A DNA stretch of 64,000 nt from an uncultured Christensenella sp. (GTDB lineage Bacteria; Bacillota; Clostridia; Christensenellales; UBA3700), in assembly GCA_949290515.1 (NCBI GenBank), contig CASERZ010000001.1:192738-256737 (forward strand), given 5' to 3'. The position numbers were made by a program, and so were the translations under genes. Below are positions 28,525-36,119 of the stretch, in pieces. The notes under the pieces are model-generated. The model ran no database searches. It saw nothing but the letters and a program-made list of their open reading frames with translations, and was not told where the DNA came from. Position 1 is the first letter of the stretch. Each line of letters begins with the position of its first letter.

Positions 28525-30000
28525 ATGATTAACATAGCCATAGACGGTCCTTCGGGTGCCGGCAAAAGTACGATAGCGAAAAAAATTGCCGAGAAGTTGG
28601 GAATAACTTATCTCGATACCGGTGCTATGTATCGCACAGTTGCTCTGTATGCGGTCAATTCCGGGAAAAATCCTTCGTCGCAGGAGGAGGTAGTTCCGCT
28701 TCTCGAAAACATAAAAATCTCCTATGAAAAAGTCGGGGGAGAAAACAGAATTTTTCTTAACGGAAAGGACGTATCTGATGATATCCGTATGCACAATATA
28801 TCCAAATGTGCGTCCGAAGTTTCAAAAATTCCCGAGGTAAGGGCTTTTCTCGTAGAGAAACAGCGCGAAATAGCAAAAAATAACGACGTAGTACTCGACG
28901 GTAGAGATATTACAAGCCACGTTTTGCCCGATACGAAATATAAATTTTATCTTACTGCCACAGCAGAGGAAAGGGCAAGCAGAAGATTTAAAGAGCTTTC
29001 TGACAAAGGACAAAACGTATCTTACGAGACAATACTTGCCGACATCAAAGACAGGGATTACAACGATATGAGCCGCAAGGTTTCACCTTTGGTGAAAACT
29101 CCCGATTCTATTGAGATTGACAGTACGAATATGACTTTGGACGAAGTCGCGGATACCATAATGGGACATATAAAAGCGATTAAAGAACAAAGTCGCTCTT
29201 ATACGTTTTCTAAAAACGCTTCTGTTCAAGATTTGAGAAAAGAAGCCAAAGAGTTTAATATTGACGCAAACAAAGCAATCAAAAAAAAGACCAAGAAAAA
29301 GGGCGGTTTTTACAGATTTTTAGCGGCAATAGTCAGAAAGGCTATGGGTATTATATGGCCTACGAAGATATATTTTAAAGACAACTTCCCTAAAAATACG
29401 AAAGCCATAGTCGTGTGCAATCACTATACCGCGCTCGACCCTTGCGTGATTATCTCCAGGCTTTTGGGAAAAGACGGCAAAGTCCTTATGAAAGAAGAGA
29501 TTATGAAAAATCCCGTAGTAGCTAAAGTAGCTGTAGAACTCGGTTGTATTCCCGTAAAAAGAGGAGAGGCGGATTTGTCTGCAGTCAAGAGTATTCTCGG
29601 TGCGCTCGCAAAAAATCAACCCGTACTTATTTTCCCTGAGGGAACGAGAAATAAGAGCGGAAGTAAAGAGATGCTTCCGTTGAAACAGGGCGTAGCTACG
29701 TTCGCTTTAAAAGCCAAGGCTCCGATAGTTCCGCTTTTGTATTACAAAAAGACAGGACCTTTCAAGCGTAATAAACTAATTGTAGGTCAACCTTTCTATC
29801 TTGAGGAATATTACGAGCAGAAACCGAATGCCGTTAAAGAAGAAATAACTGAAATTATTCGCGATAAAATGCGCGAGCTCAGAGCAGAACTCGATATTCT
29901 TGTCGAAAAATGCGGAGGCAGCAAGAAGAAGTATTTCAAGTACGTAAAAGAACTCGGCAAGGAGATTAACAATAATGAGCGTAACGGTTGCAAAGAGTAG
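28525..30000 (+). CDS. cmk: Fusion protein: cytidylate kinase (N-terminal) plus 1-acyl-sn-glycerol-3-phosphate acyltransferase-like domain (C-terminal)
   Basis: N-terminal half has IAIDGPSGAGKST and LDTGAMYR (Cmk). C-terminal half has the NHYTALD (HX4D) and FPEGTRN acyltransferase motifs. One uninterrupted frame. Start placed at the ATG at 28525 after GAGAGAGG. Confidence 0.85.
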   Translation: MINIAIDGPSGAGKSTIAKKIAEKLGITYLDTGAMYRTVALYAVNSGKNPSSQEEVVPLLENIKISYEKVGGENRIFLNGKDVSDDIRMHNISKCASEVSKIPEVRAFLVEKQREIAKNNDVVLDGRDITSHVLPDTKYKFYLTATAEERASRRFKELSDKGQNVSYETILADIKDRDYNDMSRKVSPLVKTPDSIEIDSTNMTLDEVADTIMGHIKAIKEQSRSYTFSKNASVQDLRKEAKEFNIDANKAIKKKTKKKGGFYRFLAAIVRKAMGIIWPTKIYFKDNFPKNTKAIVVCNHYTALDPCVIISRLLGKDGKVLMKEEIMKNPVVAKVAVELGCIPVKRGEADLSAVKSILGALAKNQPVLIFPEGTRNKSGSKEMLPLKQGVATFALKAKAPIVPLLYYKKTGPFKRNKLIVGQPFYLEEYYEQKPNAVKEEITEIIRDKMRELRAELDILVEKCGGSKKKYFKYVKELGKEINNNERNGCKE

Positions 30001-32170
30001 CGGTTTTTGTCAAGGCGTAAAAAAAGCTGTAAACGTCGCAATGAATATGTCTGAACCTGCTGCAGTATACGGAAAACTAATTCATAACGAACAGGTACTG
30101 GAAAAACTTAAAGAAAAAGGCGTAGATTGCATAGAAAATCTCAGTGAAATAGGCGACAGAAAACTTATCATACGTTCACACGGCGTAGGCAAAGACGTGT
30201 ATGATTATCTTGAAAAAAACGGCATAGATTATGTGGATTGCACGTGTATTTTTGTCAAAAAAATTCACGATATCGTATATGAGAATTACCTAAAAGGCAA
30301 GCAGATAATCATTATCGGCAATCCTGCTCACCCCGAAGTTATCGGCATAAACGGTTGGTGCGGTAACAGTGCAATTATCTATAACGGAGAGAAGGATATC
30401 GTCTTCGATGATAAAAAAGAATACTGCCTCGTCGTACAGACAACTTACGACCATAACAAAGTCGAGCAATTTATTAATTTTTTACAAAATAATATAAAAA
30501 TGCTTGATAGAAATAATACAATATGCTATACTACACTATGCAGACAAGAGGAGTGCGACAAACTCAGTAAAAACTGCGATTTAATGCTTGTTTTGGGTAG
30601 CAAAAACAGCTCTAATACTTCTAAACTTTTCGATATTAGTATTAAGAATTGCCCGAATACGCATCTTATACAGACAATATCCGATTTACAATCGGTAAAT
30701 GTAGCAAAAAATACAAAAATCGGCATAGTTGCCGGTGCATCAACTCCGCCTGAGTTGATTGAGGAGGTAAAAAATCTAATGAAAGAATCTCAAGAAAATG
30801 TAAAAATTGAGAACGAAACTGCAAAGGAGGAGACTTTCGGCGAGCTTCTTGCTGCACAAAACACCAAGGCAATGAACTTGAAGCCCGGTATGACTGTTGA
30901 GTGTAAGGTAATCTCTGCCAACGAAGACGGTATTACTGTAGACTTCCAGGGAAAAAAGGACGGTTTTGTTTGCAAAGACGATGCAGAAATGGACGGTGTA
31001 GAGTACAATCCCGAAAACTACAAGATGGGTTATGTATTCAAAGCCAAGGTTGTTGATAAGAATTCTAAATCCTTGCCTAAGGAGTATATATATTTTTCCA
31101 AGAAGGAAATCGACAGATTCAACAAAGAGAAGAGCGACGCTATCGAGATGCTCTCTCAGCCTGAGTTTAAACTCGAAATGAAAGAATGTGTTAAGAACGG
31201 TCTTAAGGGTTACTACGGCGGTTATACAATTTTTGTTCCCGCATCCCAGATTAAGATTGCTTACGTTACCGATGCAGATTTGCCTAAGTACGTCGGCAAG
31301 ACTTTGAGACTCCGTCTTATCAAGTCCAACAAGGACGAGGCTGACAAGGAAATCGACCTCACTACCAAAAAGTCTTTGATTGCTTCTCAGAAAGTTATTC
31401 TCGAAGAGGAGCGGAAGAAGAAAGAAGACGAGATGTGGGCATTCTTCGAAAAGGATAAGATTGTCAAGGGTAAGGTTAAGAGATTTGCTGAGTTCGGCGC
31501 ATTTGTAAGCGTAAACGGCTTTGACTGTCTCGTTCACAACAGTGACGCTTCTTACAACAAGAATACTCCTGCAAGCGAAGTTTTCGAAATCGGCAAGACT
31601 TACGATTTTATCGTACGCTATGTCAGCAGAGAAAACAACAAAGTTAAACTCGGATATAAACAGCTTCAGAAGAAACCTTACGAAATTGCTTTCGAGAAAT
31701 ATCCCGTTGGCAGCGTAATTACCGGTACCGTAAGAGACGTAAAAGACTACGGCGCATTCGTACTCATCGAAGACAATATCGACGGTCTTGTACCCGTATC
31801 CGAAATCTCTCACAGCTATACCAAGAATCCCGCTGACGTTCTGAAGGTCGGTGATACCGTTACTGCTCAAATCATAAGATTTGAAGACAACAGAATTACT
31901 CTTTCTATGAAGGCACTTATTCCTAAGGAAGAAAAAGTCGTTGAGGATACTGTTGTTAGCGAAGAGGATTATCAGGAAGCTAAAGAGAAGCGCGCTAAGA
32001 AGAACGCTAAGAAGTTTGAAAATTCCGTTGCTACTCAGGCTCCTGCAAAGAAATCCAGAGCAGCCAAGAAAGAAGAGGAAGAAGAGGTATCTTCTTGGTC
32101 CAGCGACGAAAACGCTACCGCTACTATGGCTGATTTGTTCAAAGGTCTTAAGCTCGATATTAAAGACTGA
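29975..32170 (+). CDS. ispH: Bifunctional 4-hydroxy-3-methylbut-2-enyl diphosphate reductase (IspH) / ribosomal protein S1 fusion
   Basis: N-terminal AKSSGFCQGVKKAV and downstream IspH motifs, followed by four S1-type repeats (e.g. GKVKRFAEFGAFVSV, GTVRDVKDYGAFVLI). This fusion type is widely annotated in Clostridia. Confidence 0.9.
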   Translation: MSVTVAKSSGFCQGVKKAVNVAMNMSEPAAVYGKLIHNEQVLEKLKEKGVDCIENLSEIGDRKLIIRSHGVGKDVYDYLEKNGIDYVDCTCIFVKKIHDIVYENYLKGKQIIIIGNPAHPEVIGINGWCGNSAIIYNGEKDIVFDDKKEYCLVVQTTYDHNKVEQFINFLQNNIKMLDRNNTICYTTLCRQEECDKLSKNCDLMLVLGSKNSSNTSKLFDISIKNCPNTHLIQTISDLQSVNVAKNTKIGIVAGASTPPELIEEVKNLMKESQENVKIENETAKEETFGELLAAQNTKAMNLKPGMTVECKVISANEDGITVDFQGKKDGFVCKDDAEMDGVEYNPENYKMGYVFKAKVVDKNSKSLPKEYIYFSKKEIDRFNKEKSDAIEMLSQPEFKLEMKECVKNGLKGYYGGYTIFVPASQIKIAYVTDADLPKYVGKTLRLRLIKSNKDEADKEIDLTTKKSLIASQKVILEEERKKKEDEMWAFFEKDKIVKGKVKRFAEFGAFVSVNGFDCLVHNSDASYNKNTPASEVFEIGKTYDFIVRYVSRENNKVKLGYKQLQKKPYEIAFEKYPVGSVITGTVRDVKDYGAFVLIEDNIDGLVPVSEISHSYTKNPADVLKVGDTVTAQIIRFEDNRITLSMKALIPKEEKVVEDTVVSEEDYQEAKEKRAKKNAKKFENSVATQAPAKKSRAAKKEEEEEVSSWSSDENATATMADLFKGLKLDIKD

Positions 32171-32190
32171 TAACCTAAGCGTTTTAGCTC

Positions 32191-32216
32191 TTTCGGGGCT
32201 TGCAAAAGCCCCGAAA
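32191..32216 (+). other. Strong stem-loop after ispH-rpsA (possible terminator or processing site, no U-tract)
   Basis: TTTCGGGGCT / AGCCCCGAAA 10-bp stem, followed by an A-run rather than a T-run. Confidence 0.4.
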
Positions 32217-32244
32217 AAAATATCGCAAAATATAAGAAAATCTC

Positions 32245-32273
32245 TTGACAAATCACTTATTATATAGTATATT
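32245..32273 (+). promoter_or_regulatory. Sigma-A type promoter for the tRNA cluster
   Basis: TTGACA (32245-32250), 17-nt spacer, TATATT (32268-32273). Confidence 0.55.
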
Positions 32274-32347
32274 TGAGTAGTCGCAATAGTGGCGGGATAC
32301 GATAAATAAAGACAAACGAATGAGTTTTTAATATCGTTATTCAATGT

Positions 32348-32424
32348 GGGCCATTAGCTCAGTTGGTTAGAGCAACCGGCTCATAACCGGTCGGTCCAAG
32401 GTTCGAGTCCTTGATGGCCCACCA
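32348..32424 (+). tRNA. tRNA with CAT anticodon; most likely tRNA-Ile2 (lysidine), otherwise elongator tRNA-Met
   Basis: Cloverleaf folds by hand: acceptor GGGCCAT/ATGGCCC, anticodon loop CTCATAA, encoded CCA. G1-C72 pair and no GGG/CCC anticodon stem, so not an initiator. Closely resembles B. subtilis tRNA-Ile(CAU). Confidence 0.8.
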
Positions 32425-32439
32425 CATTAAATACAAATT

Positions 32440-32516
32440 GGCTCGGTAGTTCAGTTGGTTAGAACGCTAGCCTGTCACGCTAGAGGTCGAGGGTTCGAAT
32501 CCCTTCCGAGTCGCCA
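32440..32516 (+). tRNA. tRNA-Asp (GTC)
   Basis: Acceptor GGCTCGG/CCGAGTC, anticodon loop CTGTCAC, T-loop GGTTCGAAT, encoded CCA. Confidence 0.9.
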
Positions 32517-32559
32517 ATTTATAGATGTTTCGGAGATTTGTATAAATCTCCAAATTTAT

Positions 32560-32635
32560 GCCTCGGTAGCTCAGTCGGTAGAGCAGGGGACTGAAAATCC
32601 CCGTGTCGGTGGTTCGATTCCGCCCCGAGGCACCA
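32560..32635 (+). tRNA. tRNA-Phe (GAA)
   Basis: Acceptor GCCTCGG/CCGAGGC, anticodon loop CTGAAAA, T-loop GGTTCGATT, encoded CCA. Confidence 0.9.
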
Positions 32636-32657
32636 CGTAATGGTGACGAAATATCGT

Positions 32658-32733
32658 GCTGGTGTAGCTCAATAGGCAGAGCAGCTGATTTGTAATCAGC
32701 AGGTTGATGGTTCGATTCCGTTCACCAGCTCCA
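32658..32733 (+). tRNA. tRNA-Thr (TGT)
   Basis: Acceptor GCTGGTG/CACCAGC, anticodon stem GCTGA/TCAGC with loop TTTGTAA, encoded CCA. Confidence 0.88.
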
Positions 32734-32747
32734 CATCAAAAATATAT

Positions 32748-32832
<85 letters not shown>

Positions 32833-32833
32833 G

Positions 32834-32868
32834 CTCGCTTCCTGACAAAGGGAGCGAGTATTTTTTTT
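32834..32868 (+). terminator. Rho-independent terminator after the tRNA cluster
   Basis: CTCGCTTCC / GGGAGCGAG stem followed by TATTTTTTTT. Confidence 0.8.
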
Positions 32869-32891
32869 GCAAAAATACTCAACTTTATTTG

Positions 32892-33098
32892 TCAGTAGCT
32901 CGCTTCACCGACCAAACGAAACGGTATATATTCGACAAGCGATGAAAGTGTAGTTTTGTTTGCCGTATAGTGACACCATTTCCAATCTTTTTCTACATTG
33001 ACCAAAGCTGCGTCCGAAAGTAACTTCATATGATAAGACAGCGTAGGTTGCGTCATTTCGAATTTATCGAGAAAGAGATAAGTCGTGGAAAGATATGA
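32892..33098 (-). pseudogene. ArsR/SmtB-family transcriptional regulator remnant (N-terminally truncated)
   Basis: The minus-strand frame reads ..TTYLFLDKFEMTQPTLSYHMKLLSDAALVNVEKDWKWCHYTANKTTL..*, i.e. the recognition helix and wing of an ArsR wHTH. An in-frame TAA at 33099-33101 removes the first ~35 residues. The only ATG (33056) lies inside the HTH. Confidence 0.6.
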
Positions 33099-33219
33099 TT
33101 AAATACGGAGTTAAAAAAGCTAAGGTAAGGAAAAGCTATCTTAAAAATATTCCTTTGCATATCTGAAAAGCTATAGCCGACAAAGAATATAAATTCTTTG
33201 TAAATATGTAAAATTGCTA

Positions 33220-33248
33220 TTGATTTTGCCTATGAAGTAATGTATAAT
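33220..33248 (+). promoter_or_regulatory. Sigma-A type promoter for rubrerythrin
   Basis: TTGATT (33220-33225), 17-nt spacer, TATAAT (33243-33248). Confidence 0.5.
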
Positions 33249-33285
33249 AAAAAAGATAAAACTTTTAAAATATCGGAGGTACTAT

Positions 33286-33825
33286 ATGGCAAACAAATAC
33301 AAGGGCACTAAGACCGAACAGAATTTGCTTGCAGCATTCGCAGGCGAATCTCAGGCAAGAAACAAATATACTTATTTTGCAAGCGTAGCTAAGAAAGAAG
33401 GTTATGAGCAAATAAGCGAATTGTTCCAAAAGACTGCTGACAACGAGAAGGAACACGCAAAGATTTGGTTCAAAGAGCTTGAAGGCATAGGTAATACCGC
33501 TCAAAACCTCGAAGAAGCAGCAAACGGCGAAAACTACGAGTGGACTGATATGTACGAAGGCTTTGCAAAAACTGCCGAAGAAGAAGGCTTTAAAGAGCTT
33601 GCATATAAGTTCAGAGCAGTTGCGGCAATCGAGAAAGAGCACGAAGAGAGATACAGAGCACTTCTCAAAAACGTAGAGACAAATCAAGTATTCGAAAAGA
33701 GTGAAGTTAAGGTTTGGGAATGCAGAAACTGCGGACATATCGTAGTCGGTACCAAAGCTCCTGAGATTTGTCCCGTATGCGCTCATCCTAAGGCATATTT
33801 CGAGGTCAAGAAAGTCAACTATTAA
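33286..33825 (+). CDS. rbr: Rubrerythrin
   Basis: N-terminal [26 protein letters not shown] di-iron four-helix domain and a C-terminal rubredoxin-like CRNCGH..CPVCAHP. Confidence 0.93.
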   Translation: MANKYKGTKTEQNLLAAFAGESQARNKYTYFASVAKKEGYEQISELFQKTADNEKEHAKIWFKELEGIGNTAQNLEEAANGENYEWTDMYEGFAKTAEEEGFKELAYKFRAVAAIEKEHEERYRALLKNVETNQVFEKSEVKVWECRNCGHIVVGTKAPEICPVCAHPKAYFEVKKVNY

Positions 33826-33844
33826 TAAGAAATCTTCAGAATTC

Positions 33845-33873
33845 AAGGACGGCAATCAGCCGTCCTTTTTTAT
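33845..33873 (+). terminator. Rho-independent terminator after rubrerythrin
   Basis: AAGGACGGC / GCCGTCCTT stem followed by TTTTT. Confidence 0.8.
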
Positions 33874-34026
33874 ATAGTAATTGAAGTTGTTATTATAAAG
33901 TAGTATTACGGCACGTTTTGCAATGTGCTTATTTTTTATTTTATACGTCATAAGTCGACTTATTCTCCCTCTTAGAGTAAACCGTGTAATGTTAAAATTA
34001 ATTGTATTCAACCTAGGAGGACTTTT

Positions 34027-34335
34027 ATGCGATTAGAACTATTCAGCAATTCAAATTGCGGTGTGGCAAAACTCGAAGGTGAACTGGACGAGGGCTGCGT
34101 AAGCGAAATCAGACGAAAAATCGATACTTTTATAGACGCAAACAATATTATGCAATTCGTTTTTGATTTTTCCAGGCTTTCATTTATGGACAGCACGGGC
34201 ATAGGTATGTTGTTGGGACGCTATAAAAAGCTCAAACAGCGTAACATTCCCGTATATATCGCTAAAGCAAGCGGACACGTGGACTTTATTCTCGCTACGG
34301 CGGGCATTTATACGATAATGCAGAAAATCAGTTAA
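34027..34335 (+). CDS. spoIIAA: Anti-sigma-F factor antagonist SpoIIAA (STAS domain)
   Basis: STAS fold with the phosphorylatable serine context FMDSTGIGMLLG. First gene of the spoIIAA-spoIIAB-sigF unit. AGGAGG Shine-Dalgarno. Confidence 0.9.
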   Translation: MRLELFSNSNCGVAKLEGELDEGCVSEIRRKIDTFIDANNIMQFVFDFSRLSFMDSTGIGMLLGRYKKLKQRNIPVYIAKASGHVDFILATAGIYTIMQKIS

Positions 34336-34347
34336 AGAGAGGTATTT

Positions 34348-34770
34348 ATGAACAAATTCAGTATGAAACTATTATCGAGATTAGGCAACGAAGGATTTGC
34401 AAGAAGCTGTGTATCGGCTTTTTGCGTAGAACTCGAACCGTCAGTCGAACAAATCAACGATATCAAGACTGCTGTTTCCGAAGCCGTAACAAATTGTATC
34501 GTACACGCCTATAACGGACAAAATGACAAATTTATCGACATAATCGTCAGTTTAGACAATGGCAGTGTGGAGATAATTATAGAGGATAGCGGTTGCGGTA
34601 TCGAAGACGTAGAAAAAGCTAAACAGCCTTTTTATACCACAAAACCCGAACAGGAGCGAAGCGGTATGGGATTTACGCTTATGCAGACGTTTATGGACAG
34701 CGTAGAAGTTTTTTCTCAAAAGGGAAAGGGTACTAAAGTCGTTATGAAAAAAAACGTAAAGAAGGATTGA
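34348..34770 (+). CDS. spoIIAB: Anti-sigma-F factor SpoIIAB (serine kinase)
   Basis: HATPase_c motifs (EAVTNCIVHAY, IEDSGCGI, GMGFTLM); ~140 aa. Lies between spoIIAA and sigF. Confidence 0.92.
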   Translation: MNKFSMKLLSRLGNEGFARSCVSAFCVELEPSVEQINDIKTAVSEAVTNCIVHAYNGQNDKFIDIIVSLDNGSVEIIIEDSGCGIEDVEKAKQPFYTTKPEQERSGMGFTLMQTFMDSVEVFSQKGKGTKVVMKKNVKKD

Positions 34771-34771
34771 T

Positions 34772-35485
34772 ATGCTCGATTATCAGACGACGTTAGAGTT
34801 GTTGAAAAACGCCAAGGAAGGCAGCGAAGAGGCTAAAAGTCAGCTGATTACGCACAATATGCCTTTAATTAAAAGCATAGCTAAGAGGTATCGAAACAAA
34901 CAAGTTGAGTACGATGACCTCTTGCAACTTGGCGCGCTCGGACTCGTAAAAGCCATAAACAACTTCGATTTGAATTTCAACGTAAAATTTTCTACGTATG
35001 CCGTACCTATGATAGCAGGAGAGATTAAGAGATTTATCCGCGACGACGGGGCGATAAAAGTCTCGAGGGCTATGAAGAGTCTGTGTAATAAAATACAGAT
35101 TTATATCAACGAACGTACTATGGAGGACAAGTCTCCTTCTGTCAAAGAGATAGCAGAGCATTTCGGAATAGACGAGCAGGAAGTAGTCTTTGCGCTTGAC
35201 AGCAATAAATATCCCGTATCGCTGTTTGAAAAATTCGACGACGATAATAATCAATGCGTACTAGACAAGTTGCCGTCTAACGAAAACAACGATGATTTGA
35301 TTGACAAAATACTCCTTAAAGACTATATCAATTCATTGCCCGAGAGAGAAAAGAAAGTGATTATACTCAGGTATTACCGCGATATGACGCAGAGCGAAAT
35401 CGCGCAGATGCTGGGAGTTTCTCAGGTGCAGATATCCAGAATAGAAAGCAAGGTAATCAACGCGCTGAAACAGGCACTTGCTTAA
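34772..35485 (+). CDS. sigF: RNA polymerase sporulation sigma factor SigF
   Basis: Sigma-70 regions 2-4 (DLLQLGALGLVKAINNFD, TQSEIAQMLGVSQVQISRIE). Position right after spoIIAB. Confidence 0.9.
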   Translation: MLDYQTTLELLKNAKEGSEEAKSQLITHNMPLIKSIAKRYRNKQVEYDDLLQLGALGLVKAINNFDLNFNVKFSTYAVPMIAGEIKRFIRDDGAIKVSRAMKSLCNKIQIYINERTMEDKSPSVKEIAEHFGIDEQEVVFALDSNKYPVSLFEKFDDDNNQCVLDKLPSNENNDDLIDKILLKDYINSLPEREKKVIILRYYRDMTQSEIAQMLGVSQVQISRIESKVINALKQALA

Positions 35486-35506
35486 AAACGATTATCGCAT
35501 TGAAAA

Positions 35507-35535
35507 GTATAAAATACCTTCGATTGGATAAACTC
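35507..35535 (+). promoter_or_regulatory. Candidate forespore-type (sigma-F/G) promoter ahead of the spoVA genes
   Basis: GTATA-N14-GGATAAACT compared with the remembered sigma-F pattern GYATA..GGnnAnAHTR. Confidence 0.3.
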
Positions 35536-35554
35536 CGATTGGGGGTAATTTTTT

Positions 35555-35680
35555 ATGAAAAGTCAAATATTTAAGGATAACGTAGAAGATAAGGAAATCA
35601 GATTCAAACAACCTGAGGAGCTTTATCAGATAGTAAACAAAGAAAGTTCACAAAGACGAGGCAACGGCTATGGAAGATAA
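35555..35680 (+). CDS. Possible small ORF (41 aa, hydrophilic) overlapping the spoVAC start
   Basis: ATG preceded by GGGGGT 8 nt upstream. Its stop codon overlaps the spoVAC start region by 11 nt. No homology recognisable. Confidence 0.3.
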   Translation: MKSQIFKDNVEDKEIRFKQPEELYQIVNKESSQRRGNGYGR

Positions 35681-36116
35681 GGAATATCAGGAATACGTGC
35701 ACGCACACGCTCAAAAAAGCAACGAGATAGTTACGCTGTTGTGGGCTTTTTGCGTTGGCGGATTGATATGTTGCATAGGAGAGGCAATAGGTGATTTATA
35801 TACCTATTTGCTGTCAGGCTGGACGGCTGAAAGGATTGCTACGCTGACCAGTATGACGCTTATTTTTCTGGGCGCGTTTCTTACGGCAATAGGAGTATAC
35901 GATAAAATCGGAATAAAGGCGGGCGGCGGCTCGATTGTACCTATTACAGGTTTTGCTAATTCCGTTGTTTCTCCTGCAATGGAATTCAATAAGGAAGGCA
36001 TTGTTTTGGGTATGATGGCAAAAATGTTTGTCATTGCCGGACCTATAATCGTAACAGGTACCGTTGCTTCGGTGGTTTTCGGAGTAATATACAGAATAAT
36101 AGAGGTAGCTAGGTGA
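35670..36116 (+). CDS. spoVAC: Stage V sporulation protein AC
   Basis: ~150-aa membrane protein with the ITGFANSVVSPAMEF motif. Followed by spoVAD/spoVAE. Confidence 0.9.
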   Translation: MEDKEYQEYVHAHAQKSNEIVTLLWAFCVGGLICCIGEAIGDLYTYLLSGWTAERIATLTSMTLIFLGAFLTAIGVYDKIGIKAGGGSIVPITGFANSVVSPAMEFNKEGIVLGMMAKMFVIAGPIIVTGTVASVVFGVIYRIIEVAR

Positions 36117-36119
36117 GAT

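Noticed and set aside
30776-32344. 522-aa ORF antisense to ispH-rpsA.
   Set aside because: Same codon-phase artefact. It runs through the terminator hairpin and the tRNA promoter.
33951-33962. Perfect 12-bp palindrome TAAGTCGACTTA upstream of spoIIAA, considered as a Spo0A box.
   Set aside because: Its core AGTCGAC differs from the 0A box TGTCGAA at two positions. I also could not find a convincing sigma-H -35/-10 pair nearby, so no regulatory call is made.
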